A stretch of 64,000 bases of DNA from Bythopirellula sp. (GTDB lineage Bacteria > Planctomycetota > Planctomycetia > Pirellulales > Lacipirellulaceae). Positions within the stretch are counted from its first letter, which is position 1. Each line of letters starts with the position of its first letter. Location: the NCBI GenBank assembly GCA_965216565.1, contig OZ244170.1, forward strand, positions 1,152,001 to 1,216,000, read 5' to 3'. The position numbers and the translations under genes are program-made. The notes beneath the pieces were generated by a model. It was given only the letters and a program-made list of their open reading frames with translations. It searched no databases and was not told where the DNA came from. Below are positions 55,654 to 64,000 of the stretch, in pieces.

Positions 55654-57849
55654 TTACGCACCGATGCTGGTCACCAACATCGCCAGACCGATAATGCCAA
55701 AGCAGGCAGCGACACTAATCACAAAGCCTACAACGTCAGCGCGACTTGGCTTTTGGACTTCTAGGCTAGAGTTCGGCCACAGTTTACGGTCGTTATAGCG
55801 GTCGGGCTGTTCGTAGGATCGCTCAAGCTCCGCAGCGTCCTGCTCGGCGTCGCCATGCACTGGTGTTTTCATCTTCGCGTAGTAACGGTCCAGCGCCGCC
55901 TTGCTGTTCCGCGGAGTGAACCAACTGACGACGATCATCACCAGAAAAGGCACGATGATCTTAGGTGGCAAATCGAGTGTCCGCAGCGTCGAATCGGAAT
56001 ACTCACTGAGATCAATGCCTAGCAGCTTGTAGAGCAAGAAATCAAACTTAAACTGTCCCGTACCTTGTAGGCGCTGAGCAGGTTCGTAGCGTTTGATTAC
56101 TTGTGTTGTGTTTTCGTCGAGTTGGCTAGGGGTACCTACCGGCTGTGGGGCGACGTCCGGGAGCACATTGCCTTGATCGTCGATGGGCACTGCCGGACCG
56201 GTCCAAAAGATTGATTGGCCGCCGGTCCGCTTCGTTTCGGAGAGTGAATCACCGATTGCTATAGGTTGAGGACGCGGGCCGAGCTGCTGGTTGGTCTCTT
56301 CGTCTTGTTCCAGTGCCGCCTGGGCTTCATCCCACACAGTGATGGCTGCGTTCCTGCGGGCAACATCTGCCGGCGCTGCCAGGTGTGTAGTTGTCGTTTC
56401 CACAACTGGGGTGACTTGGGTAAGCGTCTGATTTGTGTCGAGTTCGTCAATGACAATTGGTGCAATGAGCGGTATGAGAAAGAACGCCAGAGCACAGAAT
56501 AGGATTGTTGTCCACGCACCCGCAGTGGTTGCGCGACGCCAATACATCCCAATCCAAAACGGGGCGGCGATTGGCGCGAGCACAATCCACGTGAGCTGAA
56601 GCTGCGCGAATACGTCCATGATCGAAAGCGATATAAGAACGGAACCGCCCACAATCAGGATGCCCGTTAGTCGCGCAACCAGTAAGCACTGCCTCTCGGT
56701 TGCGTCGGGGCGGAAGAACGCCACGTAGATGTTGCGCACGACCAAGGCCGAGCCCACAATCATGTAGACATCAATCGAACTCATCAGGGCTGCCAGCAAG
56801 CAAGCCAGCATCAGTCCACTGAGCCCTGGGCCAAGTAGCTCTCGCGAGGCGATTCCCCACGTTCTGTCGGGATCTTCGGCCAATTCTGGGCTGTCTGCGT
56901 ACAGGGCTAAGACAATCAGTGCAGTGAGTACCCAGCCGATAGTGCAAAACCGTTTCAAAAAGTTCCCGACGACCAAACCATAGCGGGCACTATTTTCGTC
57001 CTTGGCCGAACCCCCACCGGTTAGAATAAAATGGGGCTGCACAACGATTGTGATCAAGTTTATAAGGACAACGGCCACGATAAAGTGCAGTGGGAATTCG
57101 CTGGTGCTCGTGGATCCGACGACGGAGAAATACTCGGGAGGGACCTGTTCGTGCATGATGCGAAAACCGTCGAGCATGCCCATTGTCGCTGGGTCACCAA
57201 ACTTCTCGACCAATGCCGATAACCCAAACGGAATCAAAAGGAGCGAAAGCAGGATGATGCATAGCCCTTGAATAAGATCGGTCCAATAAGCGGCTCGCAG
57301 TCCACCCGCAGTACCATAGATAAGAACAATGATGCCAATAATGGGAACGAGCAGGTATTCGATACCGATAGTTTGCGCACCCAGCTCGAAGGTGCCGGTG
57401 CCTACTAGTGGTGCGGCGACTTTGCCGATGGCAGAGAACATCATCGACCCGTAGACGGTCATGAAGAAGATCCCGAACAGGGCGTAAACAGCTCCGAGCT
57501 TTCGTGATTCGTAGCGTTCGGCAAACCAATCGCCGAGAGTGGTGAGACGCATGCGTCGGTACCAAACAGCAGTGATCCAGTAAAATGGCGTGACGAAGAG
57601 CCAATACATGACACTCCACATGCCGCTCATGCCGCTGGTGAAAGTCGTGCGTCCTGTGTTTACCGGGTCGCTGGAACCGGTGCCCGCCCCGAATGCGGCA
57701 AACGTCTGAAGCAATTTGCCGAATCCACGGCTGCCTAAGAAGTACTCGTCCTGTCCTTTCACTCCGCGCATGCAGACGAAGCCGATGGACGCCATCAGCA
57801 GGAAGTAAACCGCGAGTACGATGTAATCCAATAAGACCATACTGTTCAC
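55654..57849 (-). CDS. Sodium:solute symporter (SSS) family protein
   Basis: LDY...YF, EYFLGSR, ERY, GGLRAAYWTDLIQ, LLAALMSSID, YWRRAT..GA. Confidence 0.92.
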   Translation of the reverse strand: MNSMVLLDYIVLAVYFLLMASIGFVCMRGVKGQDEYFLGSRGFGKLLQTFAAFGAGTGSSDPVNTGRTTFTSGMSGMWSVMYWLFVTPFYWITAVWYRRMRLTTLGDWFAERYESRKLGAVYALFGIFFMTVYGSMMFSAIGKVAAPLVGTGTFELGAQTIGIEYLLVPIIGIIVLIYGTAGGLRAAYWTDLIQGLCIILLSLLLIPFGLSALVEKFGDPATMGMLDGFRIMHEQVPPEYFSVVGSTSTSEFPLHFIVAVVLINLITIVVQPHFILTGGGSAKDENSARYGLVVGNFLKRFCTIGWVLTALIVLALYADSPELAEDPDRTWGIASRELLGPGLSGLMLACLLAALMSSIDVYMIVGSALVVRNIYVAFFRPDATERQCLLVARLTGILIVGGSVLISLSIMDVFAQLQLTWIVLAPIAAPFWIGMYWRRATTAGAWTTILFCALAFFLIPLIAPIVIDELDTNQTLTQVTPVVETTTTHLAAPADVARRNAAITVWDEAQAALEQDEETNQQLGPRPQPIAIGDSLSETKRTGGQSIFWTGPAVPIDDQGNVLPDVAPQPVGTPSQLDENTTQVIKRYEPAQRLQGTGQFKFDFLLYKLLGIDLSEYSDSTLRTLDLPPKIIVPFLVMIVVSWFTPRNSKAALDRYYAKMKTPVHGDAEQDAAELERSYEQPDRYNDRKLWPNSSLEVQKPSRADVVGFVISVAACFGIIGLAMLVTSIGA

Positions 57850-58787
57850 TTGATTCCTAGGATTGAACTCGGACCAATGGCCGTGAGCTGATGCACGTCT
57901 TCATCAGGCAGGTTGAGATGTCGGGAGAGGTTCTCTGCCATTTGCGGCAATGAGGTAGCTGAACCGACGAAGTGCGACCCTTTGGTCGAGCGTGGGACAC
58001 GATCCTCGCCAACAATTGCTTCTTGTCCCGCCACCTTGTAACGACCAGGCCCCAATCCCGCTGCGGAGATTGCATCGCTCACCACGACGCAGCGATCCAT
58101 GCCCGCGGCACGAAGGTAGTTTCGCAATGCGGGATAGGGTACGTGTGCGCCGTCGGCGATAAAACTAATCCAGAGGTTGTCGGAGAGGCTCAAGACCCGT
58201 TCGATAATGTTGTCGTGCCTAGTGATTTGATGGGGGCAGCCATTCCCCAGATGTGTGAACATCGTTAGCCCGGCATCGACTGCCGCGTTCAGTTCATTAA
58301 GACTAGGATTGCAATGGCCGGCAGAAACGGTAATTCCCTGATCGGCCAGAAATCGCGTGACGCGCAACTCTACGTCGAGTTCCGGAGCAAGCGTGACAAT
58401 TCGCGTCAGCCCGTCGGCTGCTTCCAGCAATCGCTCAGCAGCTGAGACATTCGGCGGCGTAACGCAATCTGCGGGATGGGCCCCGACATAGCCGGGCTCC
58501 GCACTGATAAATGGTCCTTCGATGTGGATGCCGAGAATCATTTCCTGCAACAGCGGATCGGACTTTCGTACCTCTACCAAGCGAGACAACCGACTAGCCA
58601 TGACTTCCAGCTCGTCGGTGATCACAGTCGGCAGGAAACCGGCAACACCTTCCTCCCGCAGACGCTGGCACACGCCGAGCATGTCTTCGGTCGTTAGTTC
58701 GTTGCCGTTGAAGTCTATGCCGGCGTAGCCGTTGAGTTGAAGATCGACAAAACCGTTGCCCGTTGGTGATGGCCGATCATTAGGCAT
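57846..58787 (-). CDS. nagA: N-acetylglucosamine-6-phosphate deacetylase family amidohydrolase
   Basis: FVDLQLNG, GIHIEGPF, GAH, TLAPE, AGH, THLGN, IADGAH, VSDA. Confidence 0.88.
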   Translation of the reverse strand: MPNDRPSPTGNGFVDLQLNGYAGIDFNGNELTTEDMLGVCQRLREEGVAGFLPTVITDELEVMASRLSRLVEVRKSDPLLQEMILGIHIEGPFISAEPGYVGAHPADCVTPPNVSAAERLLEAADGLTRIVTLAPELDVELRVTRFLADQGITVSAGHCNPSLNELNAAVDAGLTMFTHLGNGCPHQITRHDNIIERVLSLSDNLWISFIADGAHVPYPALRNYLRAAGMDRCVVVSDAISAAGLGPGRYKVAGQEAIVGEDRVPRSTKGSHFVGSATSLPQMAENLSRHLNLPDEDVHQLTAIGPSSILGIK

Positions 58788-58800
58788 GCGAGAACTATTC

Positions 58801-59550
58801 CTAACTTTGCTGTTCGCTTTGCAGCAGAGAGGCGGACTGCTTGTCGAGAACCAACGTGGTGCGCGGATGTTCCTGCAGAATCGAGGCAGGAACTTTCGGC
58901 GTTACGGGACCTTCAATTGCAGCTTGCACAGCCTCGGCCTTGCGGCGATCGGGTACTGTGCAAACGATCTCCGCTGATTTCATAATCTGCCGAACCGACA
59001 TGCTGATGGCACGCGTTGGAACATCGTCGAACGATGCGAACCAACCTTCGCCAAACTGTTGCTGACGACAGGCGTCGTCCAGCTCAACGATTAGATAGGG
59101 ATCTTCGGTCTCGAAATCTGCCGGTGGATCGTTGAACGCAATATGACCATTCTCTCCGATGCCGATGCAGGCGACAGCAATGGGATGCTCAGCGATAAGC
59201 TTACCGAGTCGATCGCATTCGGCAGCGGGATCGGCACTATCACCCTGCACCCAATGAAACGTCTTGAGGCCGTCGACTTGATCGCAGAACCGTTCTTTCA
59301 GGTAGCGTCGGAAACTCGCAGGATGGGTATCGGAGAGGCCCAGGTATTCGTCTAGATGGAAACAGGTGACGCGGCCCCAATCGACGTCAATTTGAACTAG
59401 TTCATTCAGCATCTCGAACTGGCTTGCCCCGGTGGCGAGGATGATTTTCGCCTCGCGGCCATCAGAGAGTGCTTTGTCCAAGGCGTCGGCCGCACAGGCG
59501 GCGGCCTTGCGGCCTAACTGTTCTTTGTCGTTTTCAACACAGATTTCCAT
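58801..59550 (-). CDS. nagB: Glucosamine-6-phosphate deaminase family protein
   Basis: [34 protein letters not shown]. Confidence 0.85.
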   Translation of the reverse strand: MEICVENDKEQLGRKAAACAADALDKALSDGREAKIILATGASQFEMLNELVQIDVDWGRVTCFHLDEYLGLSDTHPASFRRYLKERFCDQVDGLKTFHWVQGDSADPAAECDRLGKLIAEHPIAVACIGIGENGHIAFNDPPADFETEDPYLIVELDDACRQQQFGEGWFASFDDVPTRAISMSVRQIMKSAEIVCTVPDRRKAEAVQAAIEGPVTPKVPASILQEHPRTTLVLDKQSASLLQSEQQS

Positions 59551-59657
59551 GATTGGATTCTACGGAGTTTGGGTGGGGATGAGGCCTTAATTCGGCAAAC
59601 AAACTTTGACTGAGGTTGTCGGGGAGTTTTTAAACGGTGACCACAGACGCGAAGCTT

Positions 59658-59720
59658 GCTGTCAAGCTGAGGTCCCCCGAAGGCCTAGCCAGAATCCTCG
59701 GCGGACCTCGGAATGACAGC
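59658..59720. repeat. REP-like hairpin in a divergent intergenic region
   Basis: GCTGTCA..CTGAGGTCC...GGACCTCGG..TGACAGC. Confidence 0.55.
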
Positions 59721-60059
59721 TACTGACTTAGCAGTGGCAATCTGCTGTGACAATCTATCGAAGTTTCCGGACGCGTTCAATTTACTTCATGGAAATCTTA
59801 GCGGAGATGTGATCTATCTCCAAGTACGCGAAGCTTCTAAATCAGGCAGGTAGCGGAACCGAGGTCTTGGGCGAAGTGCGATAGTAGATTGATGTGGCTA
59901 ATCCCTCTCAAGGTTGTATGTCAACACGCAGCTACGTAGAATTGGATAGAGTATCCCCAGTTCGCCGAAGCAAGTGCATTCGATGCTTTTGCAGATTTCG
60001 AACTAGTCGACTGTGTCAGCGGAATAGAGTTGCCGCTACCATACTTTTCGAGCTGAGCC

Positions 60060-63000
60060 ATGGTCCATGCAAGACTCGTGTTGCTAGTTACTGGGATATT
60101 GCTCAGTATTCCAAATCTTGCGAGCTCTGAGTCTAAGCCAGCTGGGACGAGCGTCGACTACACGCGCGATATCCGTCCTATCCTCTCCGATTCGTGTTAC
60201 GCTTGCCATGGACCTGACGAAGAAAGCCGCGAGGCGGAGCTGCGGCTTGATCTACAGGAGAGTGCGTTAGGGGAGGGCAGCTCTGGGGATTTCATCTTGC
60301 TCCCTGGTAATCCAGCGGAGAGTGAGCTCTACAAACGAATCTCCAGCGTCGACGAAGAAGAAGTGATGCCACCGATTGATTCGGGTAAATCGCTTACTCC
60401 CAGCCAAATTGCGCTAGTTCGTACTTGGATCGAGCAAGGCGCACCGTGGAAAGAGCATTGGGCGTTTGTCGCTCCGGAAAAGTCTGAGCTTCCCTCCGTG
60501 AAGAATCCCGACTGGCCCAACAACTCGATTGATTATTTCATTCAGGAAAAGGTCGAACAGCAAGGTTGGCAGCCTGCACCGGAAGCGGAACGAGAAATTC
60601 TCCTGCGGCGTGTGACGTTTGATCTGACTGGTTTACCGCCAACATTGGCTGAGATTGAAGACTTCCTGGCCGATCAGACATCGGGCGCCTATGAGCGGGT
60701 TGTCGATCGTCTTTTGCAGTCGCCCCATTATGGCGAGCACATGGCGCGATACTGGCTCGACGGGGCCCGTTATGGGGACACGCACGGCTTGCATTTCGAT
60801 AACTATCGGGAGATGTGGCTCTACCGCGACTGGGTCGTCAAGGCTTTCAATGAGAATAAGCCCTACGATGAATTTGTGATTGAACAATTGGCGGGTGATT
60901 TGTTACCCAACCCCACGGTTGATCAGCAGGTGGCAACCGGGTTTTGCCGTTGTCATGTTACGACCAACGAGGGTGGTTCCATCGAGGAAGAAGTCTACGT
61001 TCGCAACGTGGTTGATCGCGTGAGTACCACGGGAACGGTCTTTATGGGTTTGACGCTGGGATGTGCGGTTTGCCATGACCATAAGTTCGATCCCATTTCT
61101 CAAAAGGAGTTTTACCAATTCTTCGCATTCTTCAATAGCTTGGATGGCCCGTCGCTGGATGGAAACGTGAAAGACCCAGCCCCGATTGTCAGCGTGCCCG
61201 ATGAAGAACAGTTGGCTTCGCTTGAGGCACTACGCGAGACTATCGCCGCAACGCGGGCGAAGCGCGAGGAGAGACTGCAGTCGGAGTTGCCCGAATTTGC
61301 CAGCTGGCTCGCCCAACGGCGGCAAGACTTTCAGCAAAGCGGTACCAATCCGCCATTGGAAGTTTCAGAAGGTCTAGTGCTGCATGTCAATTTTGAAGAC
61401 GGGGTAGGGGGGCAAGTTGAGAATAAAGCAAACCCGGAGCAGGTGGCTGTCGTCCATGGAAGTCCGCGCTGGGTGGACGGCTTGGCCGGACAGGGATTGG
61501 ATTTTACCACGCACAGCTACCTCGATTTTGGCAATGCTGCCGATTTCCAGGACGACCAGCAGTTTAGCTACGGGGCCTGGGTCCGCGTGAAGCCGCAGCT
61601 CAATGGTGCGATCATTGCCAAGGTAGATATCGCGGGAATGTTCAAGGGCTACGATCTTTCTGTGAACAACGGCGTGGTGAGTGCGCGAATCACACGCCGC
61701 AGGCCGGGATACTCTATCAAAGTCTCCACGAAGAAGAGCGTTCTGCAGCCCGACCGATGGCATCACGTGCTGGTGACTTACGACGGTTCGAAACTTGCTG
61801 GCGGTGTGGTGATCTACATTGACGGCGAGCGGCAACCCATCGATGTGCTTGCCGACTCGCTCAAACACAAGGGGGGGATCCGGCACTCAAAGCCATTGCT
61901 AATTGGCCGACGCGATACCGAAGCTGAGTTTGCCGGCGGTCAGATGGACGATGTGCGAATCTACAATCGGCGGCTTTCCGACGCAGATGTTTTGGCCATT
62001 TATCTTGGTAGCCAGTTGGCTCCGGTATTCAGTACGTCTCACGAAAACATCACCGAAGAACAGCTTCGAATGTTGCGGCAACTGTATTTGGTTCGAAACG
62101 ACCCGGCATATATTCAGTACACAGACAGCTTAGACACACTCGCTAGCGAGCATCGCCAGGAATTATCGCAGGTGCCGACGACGCTTATCTTCCGGGAGCG
62201 GAAGAATATACGCGATGCTTTTGTGTTATTGCGTGGCGAGTACGATCAGCATGGAGAGAAGGTCTCGCGACAAACTCTCGACTGCCTCCCGCCGATGGAG
62301 GGAGAAATGTCTAAAGATCGTTTGGGCCTTGCGCAATGGATTGTGGCTGATGAGCACCCGCTGACAAGTCGCGTCGCGGTGAATCGATTTTGGCAGCAAT
62401 TGTTTGGGATCGGACTAGTTGAAACTAGCGAAGACTTTGGCAGCCAAGGGTCGCCGCCATCCCATCCAGAGTTGTTAGATTGGTTGGCGGTAGAGTTTCG
62501 CGATCGCGGTTGGGACGTTAAGGCCTTAATGAAACAGCTCGTGATGTCTGCCACTTATTGTCAAAGTTCCCATGCGAATTCAGAACTTACTCAGCGCGAC
62601 CCTCAGAATCGGCTTTTGGCCCGTGGTCCCCGTTTCCGGCTCGACGCCGAAATGCTGCGCGATCAGGCACTGGCGGTGAGCGGTCTGTTGGTGGACGACA
62701 TCGGCGGTCCGGGCGTCAAACCCCCGCAGCCGAAGGGACTTTGGCATGCCGTTGGATTCACCAACTCGAATACAGCAAACTTCGTTGCAGATACGAAGCC
62801 AGCCGAGATTCACCGCCGCAGCCTTTATACATTCCATAAGCGAACCGCTCCTCCTCCGGAAATGAGTACGTTCGACGCACCTTCCCGGGAATCGACTTGC
62901 GTCCGACGCGAACGGACCAACACACCGCTGCAAGCGTTGCTCTTGCTGAACGATCCGCAATATTTCGAGGCAGCCCGGGCGCTGGCTGAACGAGCCTTGA

Positions 63001-63269
63001 AAGAGTCCGGCAATACCGCAGCTGTGCGTGCCGCCTATATGGTGCGATTAAGCACGGGACGCCATGCCAGCGAAGATACTGTTGCCGAGCTAGTCGAGCT
63101 TTACGAAGATCAGCTTCGCATTTACCAGCAAAACGAAAGCGAAGCCCAGGCCCTGCTTGAATCAGTGGGTGAACAGCCAGGACCGGATCTGGACAGCAAC
63201 GAACTTGCCGCCTGGACGATTGTGGCAAATCTCATTCTGAACTTGGATGAGGTGGTGAACAAGAACTGA
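60060..63269 (+). CDS. Planctomycete cytochrome c (PSCyt1) / DUF1549 / LamG / DUF1553 protein
   Basis: Signal peptide; CYACH and CAVCHDHK haem motifs; RRVTFDLTGLPPT; LamG insert; RVAVNRFW, PSHPELLDWLA, TNTPLQALLLLN. Confidence 0.93.
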   Translation: MVHARLVLLVTGILLSIPNLASSESKPAGTSVDYTRDIRPILSDSCYACHGPDEESREAELRLDLQESALGEGSSGDFILLPGNPAESELYKRISSVDEEEVMPPIDSGKSLTPSQIALVRTWIEQGAPWKEHWAFVAPEKSELPSVKNPDWPNNSIDYFIQEKVEQQGWQPAPEAEREILLRRVTFDLTGLPPTLAEIEDFLADQTSGAYERVVDRLLQSPHYGEHMARYWLDGARYGDTHGLHFDNYREMWLYRDWVVKAFNENKPYDEFVIEQLAGDLLPNPTVDQQVATGFCRCHVTTNEGGSIEEEVYVRNVVDRVSTTGTVFMGLTLGCAVCHDHKFDPISQKEFYQFFAFFNSLDGPSLDGNVKDPAPIVSVPDEEQLASLEALRETIAATRAKREERLQSELPEFASWLAQRRQDFQQSGTNPPLEVSEGLVLHVNFEDGVGGQVENKANPEQVAVVHGSPRWVDGLAGQGLDFTTHSYLDFGNAADFQDDQQFSYGAWVRVKPQLNGAIIAKVDIAGMFKGYDLSVNNGVVSARITRRRPGYSIKVSTKKSVLQPDRWHHVLVTYDGSKLAGGVVIYIDGERQPIDVLADSLKHKGGIRHSKPLLIGRRDTEAEFAGGQMDDVRIYNRRLSDADVLAIYLGSQLAPVFSTSHENITEEQLRMLRQLYLVRNDPAYIQYTDSLDTLASEHRQELSQVPTTLIFRERKNIRDAFVLLRGEYDQHGEKVSRQTLDCLPPMEGEMSKDRLGLAQWIVADEHPLTSRVAVNRFWQQLFGIGLVETSEDFGSQGSPPSHPELLDWLAVEFRDRGWDVKALMKQLVMSATYCQSSHANSELTQRDPQNRLLARGPRFRLDAEMLRDQALAVSGLLVDDIGGPGVKPPQPKGLWHAVGFTNSNTANFVADTKPAEIHRRSLYTFHKRTAPPPEMSTFDAPSRESTCVRRERTNTPLQALLLLNDPQYFEAARALAERALKESGNTAAVRAAYMVRLSTGRHASEDTVAELVELYEDQLRIYQQNESEAQALLESVGEQPGPDLDSNELAAWTIVANLILNLDEVVNKN

Positions 63270-63298
63270 GGCTCTCCTCTTGATTGAGGGATTTAGAT

Positions 63299-64000
63299 AT
63301 GGATCCTATTCAGCAACATTTTCAGAACCTGACGCGCCGCCATTTCTTTCAGCGTGGCACGTTGGGGCTTGGCACGGCAGCGTTGTCGTCGATGCTTCCC
63401 GGAAGCGTTTGCACCGCGACGGCAAATATGGGTTCTTCTAATGGACTGCCGGGCCTTCCTCATTTTGCTCCGCGTGCGAAACGGGCGATCTACTTGTTCA
63501 TGGCGGGCGCGCCATCGCAGATGGACATGTTCGATTACAAACCGAAGATGGCCGACTGGTACAACAAGGATCTTCCCGAGTCGGTCCGCATGGGGCAACG
63601 ATTGACCACAATGACCAGCGGGCAGGAACGGTTTCCGCTGGCGCCCTCGAAGTTCTCTTTTCAGCAATACGGCAAGAACGGCACCTGGATTAGCGAGTTG
63701 TTGCCTTACCACGGTCGGATGGTCGACGATATTGCAATCGTCAAATCACTGTACACCGAAGCGATCAACCACGACCCGGCTATCACTTACATTTGCACCG
63801 GCAATCAGTTGCCTGGTCGTCCGAGTCTGGGAGCTTGGCTCAGTTATGGGTTGGGAACAGAGAACAACAATCTACCTTCGTTTGTCGTCATGACCGCCAC
63901 CTGGTCGGGATTGCCCGAGGCACAGGCGCTTTACAATCGTTTGTGGGGGTCCGGATTTCTAGCCAGCAAACATCAAGGTGTCGCGCTGCGGAGCCAGGGC
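63299..64000 (+). CDS. DUF1501 family protein (partial, runs off the window; absent from the ORF track)
   Basis: Manual translation [17 protein letters not shown]...[29 protein letters not shown]; Tat-like RR; usual partner of DUF1553 genes. Confidence 0.92.
   Translation, partial: MDPIQQHFQNLTRRHFFQRGTLGLGTAALSSMLPGSVCTATANMGSSNGLPGLPHFAPRAKRAIYLFMAGAPSQMDMFDYKPKMADWYNKDLPESVRMGQRLTTMTSGQERFPLAPSKFSFQQYGKNGTWISELLPYHGRMVDDIAIVKSLYTEAINHDPAITYICTGNQLPGRPSLGAWLSYGLGTENNNLPSFVVMTATWSGLPEAQALYNRLWGSGFLASKHQGVALRSQG

Overview
Bacterial chromosome segment, almost certainly from a planctomycete. This is inferred from the PSCyt/DUF1549-DUF1553 plus DUF1501 pair, a planctomycete 'IETLEQRQVL' export motif and Tat-signal TIM-barrel proteins. 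Housekeeping and accessory content: a diguanylate cyclase, a PEP-CTERM protein, PolX, an RND pump, YggS, a class II DAHP synthase, a putative peptidoglycan-peptide salvage trio (DUF819, NlpC/P60, D-Ala-D-Ala dipeptidase), a complete propionyl-CoA to succinyl-CoA module (birA-mce-mutA-scpA-meaB convergent with pccB-pccA), an RTX/LamG protein with a 1404-bp tandem duplication, an lhr-nei-alkA-like repair cluster and an amino-sugar utilisation locus. The clearest discovery is a complete 8418-bp Tn3-family transposon (43912-52329). It has perfect 40-bp inverted repeats ending in AGGG rather than GGGG and a 5-bp CGGTC target duplication. Its cargo is a secreted triple-LamG protein, two small mutually homologous unknown proteins and a sensorless GGDEF-EAL enzyme. 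Other unusual structures are a two-gene cassette bracketed by 131-bp REP-containing direct repeats, two 9-nt-periodic long inverted-repeat elements flanking pccB, and a palindromic repeat inserted in frame in lhr. No rRNA, tRNA or CRISPR array was recognised. All calls are by eye from motifs; no database searches were run.
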